Of a stretch of DNA of 64,000 bases, positions 44,485 through 60,850 are shown piece by piece; position 1 is the stretch's first letter; each line of letters starts with the position of its first letter. Position numbers and translations under genes: made by a program. This DNA is from Eledone cirrhosa (taxonomy: Eukaryota). The stretch lies in contig OZ024740.1 of NCBI GenBank assembly GCA_964016885.1, positions 388,244,001 through 388,308,000 of the forward strand, given 5' to 3'. The notes beneath the pieces are model-generated. The model searched no databases. It had not been told where the DNA came from and saw only the letters and a program-made list of their open reading frames with translations.

Positions 44485-44857
44485 GTGTGTGTGCGTGTGT
44501 GTGTGTGTGAGTGCGCGTGTGTGTATCTGTGTGTATCTGTGTGTGTGTGCGTGTGTGTACGTGTGCGTGTGCGCATGTGTGTGTGTGTACGCGCATGTGT
44601 GAATGTGTGTGTGCGAGCGTGTGTGTGTATGTATGTCTGCGCGCGCGTGTGTGTGTATGCGTGTATATATATACATATATATAGTGAGCTTATTAATACG
44701 TCACGTGTTATATGGAAATATCGTTTGAGAAATGCAAGGACTGACATTTTCCTTAATTAGAAGTTTTCTATATTAATGTGCCAAGTTAAATTGATGATTA
44801 TATATATAGTCAGTTTACTTTAACCGGTTTCAGCTGTGTTTATAAATAGTCAGTTTA

Positions 44858-44898
44858 CTTTAACCGGTTTCAGCTGTGTTTACAGCCTTTTCGAAAAG
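44858..44898 (-). ncRNA. Minimal hammerhead, U3-A8 variant with U4->C
   Basis: CTTT-TCGAAAA-GGCTG taaaca CAGCT-GAAA-CCGG-TT-AAAG. Its 3' half is tandemly duplicated at 44806-44842. Confidence 0.6.
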
Positions 44899-45635
44899 AT
44901 TTTCATTAGTCATTCGAAAAATGGTTTTCGTTCATGTTTATCTTACGTGGTTGGTCGCTTGTGTTGCTGAATATAAGGGACTCAACGGGTTTTTATCTTT
45001 AGCGCTTATATCGAGTAGAATATGGTTCATTCTAAGGGGCGTAATTCGGGGGGTATTTAAGAAGAAAATATGTAAAAAAAATTGAGTTTGGTATGATTTG
45101 CTTTTGAAAGATCTTTCCTTACTAATGATGATTGAACGTTGATATGTATGGTGTGACTCTTTTTGTTGTTTATATATACATATATATATATATATACATT
45201 TATGTATATAGATACAGTGTGTAAACTGAGACTGCACCAATATGTAAAAATATATATACATATCTAATATGTAGGCATATAAACACGCCAGAAAATACGA
45301 ATTTCCTTGTAAATAAAAAAGAAAATGATAAACGTAATGTTGAAGTTAGCTCAGTACCTCTGAAATATGTATAATAAAATATACTTGATCACAAGAAGTT
45401 CTATTTTTGTTAATATTTTGAATTAATATATATACTTATATATATACATATATATATATATACTTAAAGATCTCCTTAATGAGAGCTCCATAGACCTCAT
45501 CATGTACTCTCCTTATGTAGACGATATCAATATAGTTAAAAGAACATCCCCACTAGAGAGCACTAACAAGTTTGATTTAGAACGTAGCACAATGGAAAGC
45601 ATCATATAGCTAATTCCATACACCAGAGTATAACT

Positions 45636-46652
45636 TTAACTATCGACTTCCCTTCCAAACGCCCTAACAATAGACTACCTGTATTAGACACAGAACTCTG
45701 GATTAACACTATAGACGAGAGAGCCCAAATTCTCCACTCACACTATGCTAAACCCATGGCCTCCAAATACCTGATACTCAAAAACTCAACAATGTCCAGT
45801 AGTGCTAAGTTTAATATTCTGATCGCAGATTTGGTGCGAGTGATGAAGAATGTGTCCCGCATGTGCGACCCAACAGAAATGGAAAGACACATCCAACACT
45901 TCATCAACCGCATGCAGTTCTCTGGCTACAACCAAAGAGACAGAGTCACAGTATACGAAGGAGTCATGGAGAAGTATAAGACCCTCATAGAACTGGAGAT
46001 GAAAGGAATTTGCCCATTATACAGGAGCAAATCATGGAATAGCTTAGATAGGGCTAGACATAAGATAGGGAAAGCCACCTCATTTTACGACAACAAGAGA
46101 TACCACTGTGTCATGTTTGTGGACGCTACCCCTGGAGGGAAATTACCTAACCAGTGTAGAAAGGCCCTGAGAAAGATCCACTTAAAAATTAAGGTGGTAG
46201 AAAAGCCAGGAACCACCATAAAATCCCTGATCAGCAAAACCTACCCTTTTAAGAAAACCCACTGTACCAATAGGAAATGTATCATATGTAAGGTAAACCC
46301 CCGGATAAACTGTAAAACTAGAAACGTAGTCTATAGCATAAGATGTACAGACGGTACCTGCAGAAACATGACAACAACATACATAGGTGAGACAGCTCGT
46401 AGCATAGGTGAAAGGATAGACCAACACTGGGGGGAACTAAAAGGACGAAACAACGGACCAGTACTATACGAACATGCCAGACAACAACATGACGGTAACA
46501 TAGACAACATAGAAATTAGAATAATATCTAAACATAGAAATGACCCAGCAGATAGGCAAATCAGAGAGGCCAGTGAAATAGAAATTAGAAGTCCAAGACT
46601 AAACAGAAAGAATGAATGGAATAACAACAACACCCAACAAAAACAACACTGA
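45636..46652 (+). pseudogene. PLE ORF remnant: RT thumb, Cys-rich linker and GIY-YIG endonuclease
   Basis: CTNRKCIICK..CKTRNVVYSIRC..C..YIGETARSIGERIDQH..H..H..RQIREASEI..LNRKNEW. The frame is open but separated from YVDD by a stop/frameshift. Confidence 0.88.
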
Positions 46653-46673
46653 CCTAAGAGAAGTATAAATAAG

Positions 46674-46708
<35 letters not shown>

Positions 46709-46931
46709 ATACATACATACACAAGCACAATAACAACAAACGCATAAACACACATTAGGCACCCAATCACGAACACACATCACACATCAAACAAAACACT
46801 ATACACACACGCAAACGCATGCGCAAAGAAGACAAAATAAAATAAACAAACAAGCAAATAAATAAATAAATATATAGACAGACTGAATAAAAATGGCGTA
46901 GCCATACAATTCAACAGGAGGAAACAATAGA

Positions 46932-46973
46932 ACCACTGACGATGTTGCAGATGTGCAACGAAAGATTTATGAT
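46932..46973 (+). ncRNA. Minimal hammerhead with 1-nt insertion after A9
   Basis: ACCA-CTGACGA-T-GTTGCA gatg TGCAAC-GAAA-GATT-TA-TGAT. Confidence 0.7.
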
Positions 46974-47195
46974 AAACTATATATATGTGTTTGTGTCTAT
47001 ATTGTATCTGTATTATTTTTGACCGTCGGTCAGTCAATGGCAACATTGAGGACCGAGTATATTATATTATATTAGATTACCAATATAAAAGACACAGAAG
47101 CGAAAAGCGAAAACCAACCAAACAGTGAGTGTGTTCTATTATTAATTCTGGCAATATTACACAAATATGTCCCTCCCCAATTATAACAATATATA

Positions 47196-47271
<76 letters not shown>

Positions 47272-47353
47272 AAAGTCCTATTTAAAATTGTTGGGATACA
47301 ACAAGTAAATATTTTATAACTGATATAAAGCACTCGACAAGTTTTGGGAGTAA

Positions 47354-47694
47354 ATATACGATATTAAATAAATGGAAACTATATTTGTAAAACCATATTT
47401 ATTTCATTATACATATTTCAGGGATACCAAATTAAAATATGGTATGCCTTCATCAGACAAAATACAATATATAAACAGTTTTATAAATAATTTTGACGTA
47501 CCCTATTAGATGCGAAAAAAAAAAAATAATGGTCGCATCTAATAGGGTACGTCAAAATTATTTATAAAACTGTTTATATATTGTATTTTGTCTGATGAAG
47601 GCATACCATATTTTAATTTGGTATCCCTGAAATATGTATAATGAAATAAATATGGTTTTATAAATATAGTTTCCATTTATTTAATATCGTATAT
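47354..47694. repeat. Near-perfect palindrome, 162-bp arms, 17-nt loop
   Basis: 47354-47515 against 47533-47694, one mismatch seen. Confidence 0.95.
47586..47646 (+). ncRNA. Type I hammerhead, intact core (mirror copy at 47402-47462, minus strand)
   Basis: TTTTGT-CTGATGA-AGG cATACCA..TGGTATc CCT-GAAA-TATGTA-TA-ATGAAA. Confidence 0.8.
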
Positions 47695-47695
47695 A

Positions 47696-47763
<68 letters not shown>

Positions 47764-48089
47764 TAACAGTTATATCTACCAAACAGATTCAGTACTCCGA
47801 CAGATTGCAGAAGCGACAAATATAAAAAGAAACTCAGAAAAGTACAGTGTAATGAGGTACACAGGCAGACTTCCGCCATACACACATACACATGCATTGT
47901 ACAGGTTCGCATGCACACGCGTATAGTACAGGTGCACAACTTATAAAGACAAGATTGTATAAAACAAGAACAAGAACAAAGATACACACACACACTCAGT
48001 CAGAAACGAATGTACAGTCCAGGGACACAGCTCATAAAGACAAGATGGTGTACAAGAAGAAAAAGAGGAAACACCAATTAACAAGTAGG

Positions 48090-48128
48090 CACTGAAGACG
48101 TCGCAAAATGATTGACGAAAGAGCTTTG
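48090..48128 (+). ncRNA. Hammerhead-like motif with 1-nt insertion and weak stem I
   Basis: CA-CTGAAGA-C-GTCG..TGAC-GAAA-GAGC-TT-TG. Confidence 0.5.
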
Positions 48129-48221
48129 ATAATTATCAACTAAACACCCATCCGGTTATTAAACTAACCGACTGAAACATTCCTTAATTAATAACAAATT
48201 TAAGTCAAACTCAAATAGTTT

Positions 48222-48368
48222 TCGTTTCTACTTTGGCACAAGGCCAGCAATTGTCCAGTACATTATAGTACTTTATTTTATCGACATCGTAAGGTTGAAA
48301 GGCGCAGTTAACCTTGGCGGGATTTGAACTCAGTCCATAAAGGGACGTAACTCTATGCTGGAAAGCAT
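48222..48368 (-). mobile_element. Nin/Deu-domain-like SINE
   Basis: Reverse complement of the family body. Confidence 0.75.
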
Positions 48369-48782
48369 AATAAACTCAAATAGTGCCTTTGGTTTTATTA
48401 GAATCATCATCGTCATAACATATAACAGTATCGGTTTTAACTTACGTTTTCACATCAAATGTCTTATTAACCAAATACAAAAAACGAAGAGGGCTTGGTG
48501 TTTCGGACCTAAATTCTTCAGTAAATAAGGAGTTTGGAGAGAGAGAGAGAAGGCTGGAACATCGGAGTTTTGAAAAAAATGTTAAGGAAACTGAGGGAGG
48601 AGCTGGCGAGTAGATGAATATTCGGTTGTAGGGGGGCGATGGGGATAATCCAGGTGTGTGATGGCGATTGTCCAGTGTGTGCTGATGGAGTGCATTTCGT
48701 GGGTGTGCATTATTGCTACGTGCGTGTGTCTACTTTATATATATATACATATATATATATATAAATATATATATATATACAA

Positions 48783-48833
<51 letters not shown>

Positions 48834-49026
48834 CATTTAGGTTTGTTGGTTCACCACTGGATAGAACTGGTCATTCCCTATGGTCAGTCTCGATGTAATA
48901 TTAGGGAGAGCACTCGACGTAATGCAACTCACCCGTCTTCGTTTGTGTTGTTGGTGGTGCGAGTACGAAGTTAATTATTATAACATAACAGGGGGCTGGA
49001 CTGGTGTACTTCCTTAAAGGTTTATT

Positions 49027-49084
49027 ATACTGTGAACATTTCAGTGACCGGATTCAGTATGAATCCGGTGACATCATCAGGTAT
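49027..49084 (-). ncRNA. Hammerhead motif with U16.1->C
   Basis: ATAC-CTGATGA-tGTcACCGGATTCA tac TGAATCCGGTcACt-GAAA-TGTTCA-CA-GTAT. Confidence 0.7.
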
Positions 49085-49183
49085 TCGAAGTATAACAAAG
49101 GAATATAATCCATGGGGCTGAAAGGGCAGCGACAAGAAGATGGCCACATTTAGCAGTTTCTAGTCAGTTCGGCCGCCTTCAAG

Positions 49184-49239
<56 letters not shown>

Positions 49240-49243
<4 letters not shown>

Positions 49244-49460
49244 ATGAAGGTGATGATGTGTATGTGTTAAAGGTATGGTAGAAATAGGGGGGGGGGGATT
49301 ATAAGTCAAATGAAAAAAAATAAAAGAATAAAAAGATGATAAAAAATAAAGAATATCATTTTTTTTATTATTTTCTTTTTTTTTACTTTGGTTTATAATC
49401 CCCCCCTCCTACTTTCTACCATACCTTTTACACATACACACCCACCACCTTCATCCTTTA
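49240..49460. repeat. Imperfect ~220-bp foldback adjacent to (TA)n
   Basis: AAGGATGAAGGTG..AAAGGTATGGTAGAAA..GGGGATTATAA is mirrored by TTATAATCCCC..TTTCTACCATACCTTT..CACCTTCATCCTT. Confidence 0.8.
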
Positions 49461-49605
49461 CTCAGATCACTTTTTAACTATATACCCTTATCCAGATCTC
49501 ATCACAAACACTCACTCCCTACTACAACTTTTACACCACTTTTCTCCCTTACCTGTTCTTAATATTTGTTTTTATTATTTTATTTCAGTTTTATTTTATT
49601 TCATA

Positions 49606-49797
49606 AGGGCGGTGGATTGGCAGTATCGGTAGAGAGTCGGACGCCATGCTTTCCAGCATAGTTACGTCCCTTTACGATATGAGTTCAAATCCCGCCGAGG
49701 TTGACTTTGCCTTTCATACTTACGGGTTCGATAAAATAAAGTACCAGTAATGCACTGAATATTTGCTGGCCTTGTGCTAAAAGTAGAAACAATTATT
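49606..49797 (+). mobile_element. Nin/Deu-domain-like SINE, near full length
   Basis: GGGCGGTGGATTGGCAGTATCGGTAGAG..GAGTTCAAATCCCGCCGAGG..GTAGAAACAATTAT. Confidence 0.85.
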
Positions 49798-49960
49798 TTA
49801 TTTCAGTTTTACTCCCCCTTGACCTTACCCACTAGGTCTTTAGTGTACTCACATAAGGTCGTATGTCAGCGCATATACTTATGTGTACATACATATATAC
49901 GTGTTTTTATTATTTATATGTATATGTGTGCGTGTATGTTTATATATATATGTCTGTATA

Positions 49961-50004
<44 letters not shown>

Positions 50005-50412
50005 TATATATATGTATGTATATGTATGTTTGTATATATATACGTGTGTATGTATGTGTGTGTGTGTATATATATATGTATGTGTATGTGTACGCGCATT
50101 TATAAACATAGGGATACTTATTTTGTTAATTATTTATTTTTACTGATTCGAAGCACTCGACAAGTTTTCTGGAGTATAATATCACCTATTTTTTCATTTT
50201 TTCATTTCTTGGTACCCCCCTTTTATACTCCCACCTGCGAGCGTGTGTGAATTTTTAGCTTGTCTGCCTATATGTTTATGTACACACACACGCACGTGTA
50301 TGTGTGTGTGTGTGTGTATATTTTTATATATATGTGTGTTTGTGTATAGTGGCGTGTGTGTGTATTTACATATACATCTGTGTGTATATATGGTTAAATA
50401 TGTATATACGTG

Positions 50413-50449
<37 letters not shown>

Positions 50450-51734
50450 GTATGTGTGTATGTGTATGTATATATGTTTTTGTATATATGTGTACATATG
50501 TGTGTATGGATTTACGTATATGTGTTTTTTTTTGTATGTGTTGATTTTTTATTGCACGCGTGTGTGCGCGCGTGTATGTGTACGTATGTACGTGGCTTAT
50601 GTACCTTTGAGATTCATCTATCTATTTATTGTAGGTTTTTTGTATGTGTATGTGTGTGTATATGTATATATGTGTATATATATATATATGTGTGTGTATA
50701 TATGTACATATATGTATATATGTTTGCAGATATATATGTATATATATGTATATATGTTTGCAGATATATGTGTATGTGTACGTATATTTATTTTGTATGT
50801 TTGTATATATATATATATATGTGTGTTTGTATGTGTGCATAGGTATATATGCATGTATATATGCATGTATATATGTATATGTGCAGATATATGTATATAT
50901 ATATATATATGTATATGCATATCGTGTGTATTTGTTTATTTTTAAGATGTTTCTACCCCTCCCCCCTCCCCCACTACTTTCGTTGTCAACACGTCCCCTT
51001 TTTGACTTTATTTTGTTTTCGATTTGGATTTTTACTCTCTTAGATATATATACATATAAATGAAAGTATAGAAATTATTGTGAGCGTGAAGCCAACAGTA
51101 TTTCATAATATATAAGTGACTATAACGTCAAAATGGAAAATAATTAACGTAAGATGTGGGAAAATAATTCAAACTCAATTAAAAAAAAATCAAGACATAG
51201 ATTTATCCATAGAATTTTGTGAAATCCAGGGAAAAATCAATAGAGCCTTAACTCTGAATAAAATAAAGTTTAAATACTCATCCTTCAATTTGGAAAAACT
51301 ACAAATGCTCTATATAGTCTTACAAAGACTATTTCACGAAACTTTCAGTGGGGATGGTCACGGTTGGAGTCGTTCATCAGTCGAGCTCAACACGATAACC
51401 CTAAACCACTGCCAGAATATGCCAAAAAGAAAATTTAAAAGCAGGCTAGATCAACTCATGCGTAAATATGAAAATCAATGCACATGGAGAGACATGGCTG
51501 GTGACGTCAGAATGAGACGAATGTATGTTTACAGGAAACAGCAGTCAAAAAACATTTCGAAAAAAACTCTACAAATGTAAGGAGTTCAGCAAAATAGCAA
51601 TATTATCGCGGTTTTTTTAAAAAAAAGACCGGGTTAGTCACAAATAATTTTAAGCACTCTAGGAAAAAATTCCGAGTATAAATATAAATGAAATATATAT
51701 ATATATTATTTAGTTTTTATATATATATAAACTA

Positions 51735-51787
<53 letters not shown>

Positions 51788-52125
51788 AGTTTTTCCTGCT
51801 TCTAAACTACTTCCCGTACATTTTTGAGTGCATATATATATCTGTGTATATGTATGTATATGTATTTATGTTCCTGTCCGTATTTCTATGTAGACGCAAA
51901 TACGCTTATGTGAGGAAGTATACGTATACGTACTATTACGTATATGCGCGTAGTTGAGTGTGTATGTTTATGTTCTGGATATTTATTTATACTTTTATAT
52001 ATATATATATTTTTCTATATTTTTCCCCCTATTTCCTTTTCGCCCGTTTTTTTTCAGCCTCACTTTCTTATTTCCTAAATTCTGTTTTCAAATCCATATT
52101 TAATAAAAACACCATGTTTTTTTAA

Positions 52126-52186
52126 TTCATTCTGACGACTGAAGACAGACACAACATCTGCCTTCAAGAAACCACTGGTAAATGAA
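52126..52186 (+). ncRNA. Type I hammerhead ribozyme, intact core (copy 1)
   Basis: TTCATT-CTGACGA-cTGAAGaCAGA cacaaca TCTGcCTTCAa-GAAA-CCA c TGG-TA-AATGAA; predicted cleavage after 52180 (GUA). Confidence 0.88.
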
Positions 52187-52273
52187 ATAATTATCTTAAG
52201 TTGTTTATTACATAACTAATAAGCCTACATAGACCACTCTATTTTTCCTGTACTTTTCCGACGGAAATACTTC

Positions 52274-52403
<130 letters not shown>

Positions 52404-52500
52404 ATGTGTGTGTGTGTGTGTCGACTTGCGAGTTTCTTTTTACTATTTCCTAAATTCTGTTTTCAAATCCATATTTAATAAAAACACCATGTTTTTATTA

Positions 52501-52561
52501 TTCATTCTGACGACTGAAGACAGACACAACATCTGCCTTCAAGAAACCACTGGTAAATGAA
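52501..52561 (+). ncRNA. Type I hammerhead ribozyme, intact core (copy 2)
   Basis: Identical to 52126-52186; predicted cleavage after 52555. Confidence 0.88.
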
Positions 52562-52760
52562 ATAATTATCTTAAGTTGTTTATTACATAACTAATAAGCC
52601 TACATAGACCACTCTATTTTTCCTGTACTTTTCCGACGGAAATACTTCATTTATATATATATATATATAAATAATAATTATCTTAAGTTGTTTATTACAT
52701 AACTAATAAGCCTACATAGACCACTCTAGTTTTCCTGTACTTTTCCGACGGAAATACTTC

Positions 52761-52935
<175 letters not shown>

Positions 52936-53662
52936 GACTTGCGAGTTTCTTTTTACTATTAAATAATGAGTTTCTCTTAAATTCTATTCTGTACACTAAT
53001 ATATAGGAAAATAAAGGAGAGAATATTCAATTACCCAACTTTGATCATTTCCATTTAATTTAAATAAATTTACTTTATACTTTATATTTGATTAATATAA
53101 AGATAGGTGTGTTGCTTGTTTGTTAATTAAATATGTAATATCAATATTCTCTTTATCTATGTCTTCGTGTAATCTATAGTCAAATAAAATCAACTAAACT
53201 TCACAAATTTTTTAATATATTTTTATAGTCTTTCTTTTTTAACAATCGAATTTTCACACATTGACGTTTTATAGCTTGATAAATTCAAACATTAACTAAT
53301 AATGATTTTCGTTAGTACACCGCTTTCACTAATTTCTATTTTTTTAATACAATTTTTCAGAGACCCGAATCTGTCATAAATTACGTAGCTGAATTTTCAT
53401 AAGAACAATATCCGACTTTGAAATCTAGATATAGCTATATACATTATTCAATTGTTCTTTTTCTAGTTTCAAACGTGATATATTATATTACTTTTTTTAA
53501 GATTCATTATTCTTTTTGGCTATGAAGAATTTTAATAATGTACCTTTTATTGTGACAGCCATTACTGATATAAGTTACTAAGATATAGTACATAAAAACT
53601 ATTTATAGTTTCCTTACACAATAACAATGGCAAGTGTCAAACGATAATTGTAAAATGACAAT

Positions 53663-53818
<156 letters not shown>

Positions 53819-53999
53819 ATATATATATATATATGTATATAAATATATATATATAAACACACACACACATTTATGAAAAGATTCAGGCAGGAGCTCAGCC
53901 GTCGGTGCCCTGAATCTTTTCATATTACCCACTCTACTACCCCAAGTACGAGCACTCTTGTGGGTTTTGGTCTAGCTGGTTGTTACCACACCCTATCTG

Positions 54000-54078
<79 letters not shown>

Positions 54079-54084
<6 letters not shown>

Positions 54085-54615
54085 GATAAGCAGAACAAGT
54101 AAATTTCAATCAATTTTTTAAAATACATTAAAAAATATAATATAAATATTTACCTCTCCTAGTGGCCCTTACTGATCAGTTTCGCTTTGTAAAACCTCAT
54201 AAATCCGATGGATTTATGATGGAAAACCAAAGCTAATCAGAGAAGCATTTTCCCTTCCTAGGGCTAAACGTCCCAGGAACGACAAAATATATAACCTCCT
54301 GCCAGCAAATAAAGGTCTGAAAGGTCGTAAAAGTGACCCGTATGTAAACTGGACCGAAGTAAAAGCGGGAAAATCAAAGACTTGCTGTCTACAATTACTA
54401 CTAAAAAAAATAGCAGCTAAATAGAACAACAGAATTGTTCTCAACGGACGGAGAAAGAGATTGAAGTTAATATGTCCAGGGATACTAGGTACCCCCAGAA
54501 ATACATAGGTTGTCTATGATTCAAAGTTGTTCAATGGTATTAATTTGATACACCAGAACTTTAATATTAAGATAAGCAGAACAAGTAAAATTCAATCAAT
54601 TTTTTAAAATACATT

Positions 54616-54619
<4 letters not shown>
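54079..54619 (-). mobile_element. (TA)n-embedded element with ~55-bp terminal direct repeats and a decayed HHR
   Basis: ATTAAGATAAGCAGAACAAGTAAA..TACATTAAAA at both ends. The minus strand has GAAA-CTGATCAG-TA at ~54170-54184 with a decayed core. Confidence 0.6.
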
Positions 54620-54676
<57 letters not shown>

Positions 54677-54842
54677 ATGTTCAAGACGGCAGAGCTCAAG
54701 CCGTTTCGACGACTATTTCTGGACTCGGCTTAAGTTCTGCCGTCGGGGTCTTGAACATTTTCCTAATACCCACTCTACTACCCTAAGTATTGAGTACTCT
54801 GGTGCGTTATGGTCCTTCTTGTTCATTACCACACTTCCTTCG

Positions 54843-54896
<54 letters not shown>

Positions 54897-55256
54897 ACAA
54901 AGTTACTAAGACAAAACCTATATATTTGCTAGCATAGGTATGCATCTGTATATATATGTTGGTAGATATTCTAATTCTTTATAATTATCTCCAAATTATT
55001 TTATTGAGCAAATATTTGCCAAAACTGCTACTATAGTTCATAGTAATAGTCCCGCTACTGTCTTCTTAACACCCCACTCCTCACTGATTAACCTCGATGT
55101 CACGTGATTGATTCTTTTGAATTTGCCACCGACCAAGTAGGCAATGATTTTTTCAATGTCTTGGAATTTAGTCCTCGCTTGCTTTTTTCCATCCACTGAA
55201 TTATTTTTGTATAAGTTCCCTGTGTCCACGCATCGCCTGGGCACTTAGCTGAGAAT

Positions 55257-56584
55257 ATAAATCAGGAAAGAAGGTTGACATGGTTTGCTATACAAAAAAG
55301 GTTTTTAATCTCATAGCTGACAATTGTTTCTCTGAACTGGTAGGTCTAGAGATCGCTATTCGCTTGTTTTCACGTTACTCGATCGCCAATACAAAATTAT
55401 AACCAGTCAGTTCTTCGGAGCATGCGGGAATGAAGAGAATACACAGGCAAGAAAAGAATATACAGGCTACTATATGAAGTAGTAATGGCATTCAGTTAGA
55501 ACAATAACAACAATTACAACAATGCTATTAATAAATTATTTGAGGAGGCCCTGACATTACTTAGGTGGGGGGTATAGTGTATCTAAGATTTCGGCGTGTA
55601 AAACTAGCTGTCATGAGGCAGTAAATCAACTGCACCTATACATAACGTAGCACCAAACTATAAGCATAAACACATCACAACATCACAATCGCAAGCGCAT
55701 ACAAACGCGCAGCAGCAAAGCCCCATTGAGCATATATCACAACCCACTTATAACAGAGTACTAAACAGGAATGTAAAAGCTGCACAAAATAGCGCCTCAA
55801 ACTGTAACTGTCACCTACCAGATAGGTGCCCATTGGCAAACGGATGTCTCGATTCGAGCCTAGTGTACATGTACACGGTCATCTCGGATAACTCCACCTG
55901 GAATTACATAGGATCCACCGCGGGTTCTTTTAAAAAAAGATGGTATGTGCACAGGCACTCAATGAAAAACCGTGCACTTATGGGTTCCACAACCCTCGCC
56001 AAAAAAATATGGGAACTGAAGGACAGCAGCACTAACTACAGTATTAACTGGTCGAAGTTGTCGGCTGCTAAAACCTATAGTACAGGTATGTCCCACTGCG
56101 GGCTATGTGATCTTGAACTAATGTATATCCTCAAAAATGTAAAAAGGCTACTTAACAATAAGTTAGAAAGATCTATCTTCTGCAGACATAGAATTGCCAC
56201 TAAATTCATAAGATTCAAACCTCCGTGAATCGAACCAACACAACATAGCTTTAAATTAGGATACCCACTTCCCACAGAAATATACTCATTAAGTATACTC
56301 TAGCCTTCACAAGTCTATACCACACAAATGTCTGTAAGTACCTCATCAACCCACAAACTTATTCCTTCTCAGCTGCTGCCATCATTTGATCCTAAATCCT
56401 AGTTTTTCTCAATGTAACTTTATCTACAATGTAACTACAATGTAACTTTACCTTCCTTTTGCCATAATTACAATTAACACGCTTATCTCTTTGCATGTAT
56501 GTATATTTTTGTACGAGTGTATATTGATGTGTATGTATGTGTCTATGTACACATGCATGTGTATATATATGTATATATGTGTGT

Positions 56585-56649
<65 letters not shown>

Positions 56650-57363
56650 AATATATGCATATATTACCTCCTTAACCTCTGTATTAACTCACCCACTATT
56701 TAGCTTTGACAGTGTTGTCCCACTCATGTATGTTATTGAAGATGAAAAGAAAGACTGTAAACACTGGCTTATCTTTATAATTTAAAATTGATACACACTT
56801 CGATACTCTGTACATGCCAAACTTTTACTTCTGCCTCATGACAGCTAGTTTTACACGCCGAAATCTTAGATACACTATACCCCCCACCTAAGTAATGTCA
56901 GGGTCTCCTCAAATAATTTATTAATAGCATTGTTGTAATTGTTGTTATTGTTCTAACTGAATGCCATTACTACTTCATATAGTAGCCTGTATATTCTTTT
57001 CTTGCCTGTGTATTCTCTTCATTCCCGCATGCTCCGAAGAACTGACTGGTTATAATTTTGTATTGGCGATCGAGTAACGTGAAAACAAGCGAATAGCGAT
57101 CTCTAGACCTACCAGTTCAGAGAAACAATTGTCAGCTATGAGATTAAAAACCTTTTTTGTAGAGCAAACCATGTCAACCTTCTTTCCTGATTTATTATTA
57201 CTCCAAGTGTTTACAACATAGGAATTACAGCATACCCGCAGCATCACTATGAAAACGCCTTGTTGAGTCAAACCAAGCCGAGCGTTGATATCATCCACTA
57301 CCTGGAATACCATAACTGGACTATACCTAAGTGGACTGCATATAACTGTTATTTGTTACCCCG
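55257..57363 (+). mobile_element. Penelope-like element 3' fragment bracketed by 365-bp inverted pseudo-LTRs
   Basis: 55257-55621 is the reverse complement of 56831-57195 (two mismatches seen), with a GIY-YIG ORF between them. Confidence 0.9.
55800..56228 (+). pseudogene. PLE GIY-YIG endonuclease domain, open frame
   Basis: NCNCHLPDRCPLANGCL..LVYMYTV..YIGST..FKKRWYVH..STTLAKKIWELK..CGLCDLE..LLN..CRH. Confidence 0.88.
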
Positions 57364-57425
57364 TATATATATATATATATATATTAGAAAAGGGAAGTAA
57401 GGATTCTATACAAGACAGTGGATAT

Positions 57426-60000
<2,575 letters not shown>

Positions 60001-60006
60001 ATATAT

Positions 60007-60122
<116 letters not shown>

Positions 60123-60221
60123 ATATATATAGTAATAATAATAAATTTGAAGACTAAAATCCAAAGAGGGCTCGATAAGGATAAATATATCAGATATATA
60201 AGATATATAAGAACTGTAGAG

Positions 60222-60751
60222 CATCTTAAACAAAAAATCTGAGGCAATTTCGGCTTGTAAACATGAAATTGCACAAAACGTTCCTGTATTACATTATACC
60301 CCACATTATACCCTAACGGATAGTACGAGCTATACGCGGATATTTTACATCTTGATGTGGTAGCTAAGTATATGTTATGTTTATACCATTACTTATTTGT
60401 ATAGGTAAGTATATATTACCTGTATGTTTTGTGAAGGTACGTATACTTTCTCGTACGTATATTTTCTTGTATATGTTATGGCGTATATATTATATATACT
60501 GGTACATGTGCATTTGGTTTTGTGCATACGTTTGTTTTGCGTCTGTGTGAGTATGCAGGTTCGTACGTATGTAGGGTGTGTGTATATGTGTACTTTGTGT
60601 TTTGGTTGACATCCGTCCGCGAACATATGTGTATTTACATGTAGGTATGTGTGTGCACGCGTTAAATACGTATTTATGTGTGTATATTTATATACGTTTA
60701 TTTAATTATGTATACACGCACATACACACACACACGCACACACACACACAC

Positions 60752-60850
<99 letters not shown>

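Larger units (their letters stand above)
45470..47170 (+). mobile_element. Penelope-like element, 5'-truncated, with HHR-bearing 3' region
   Basis: YVDD at 45514-45525, LPVLDTELW, HYAKPMASK, an open frame to 46652 with GIY-YIG, and an HHR about 280 bp after the stop. Confidence 0.9.

Noticed and set aside
48498-48525. Minus-strand CTGAAGA..GAAA spacing
   Set aside because: No pairing in stem II or stem III.
51496-51525. CTGGTGA-C-GTC..GAC-GAAT motif
   Set aside because: Two core mismatches and no stems I or III; could be chance.
51116-51580. 154-aa ORF
   Set aside because: Non-ATG start and no recognisable motif; may be decayed TE but cannot be assigned.
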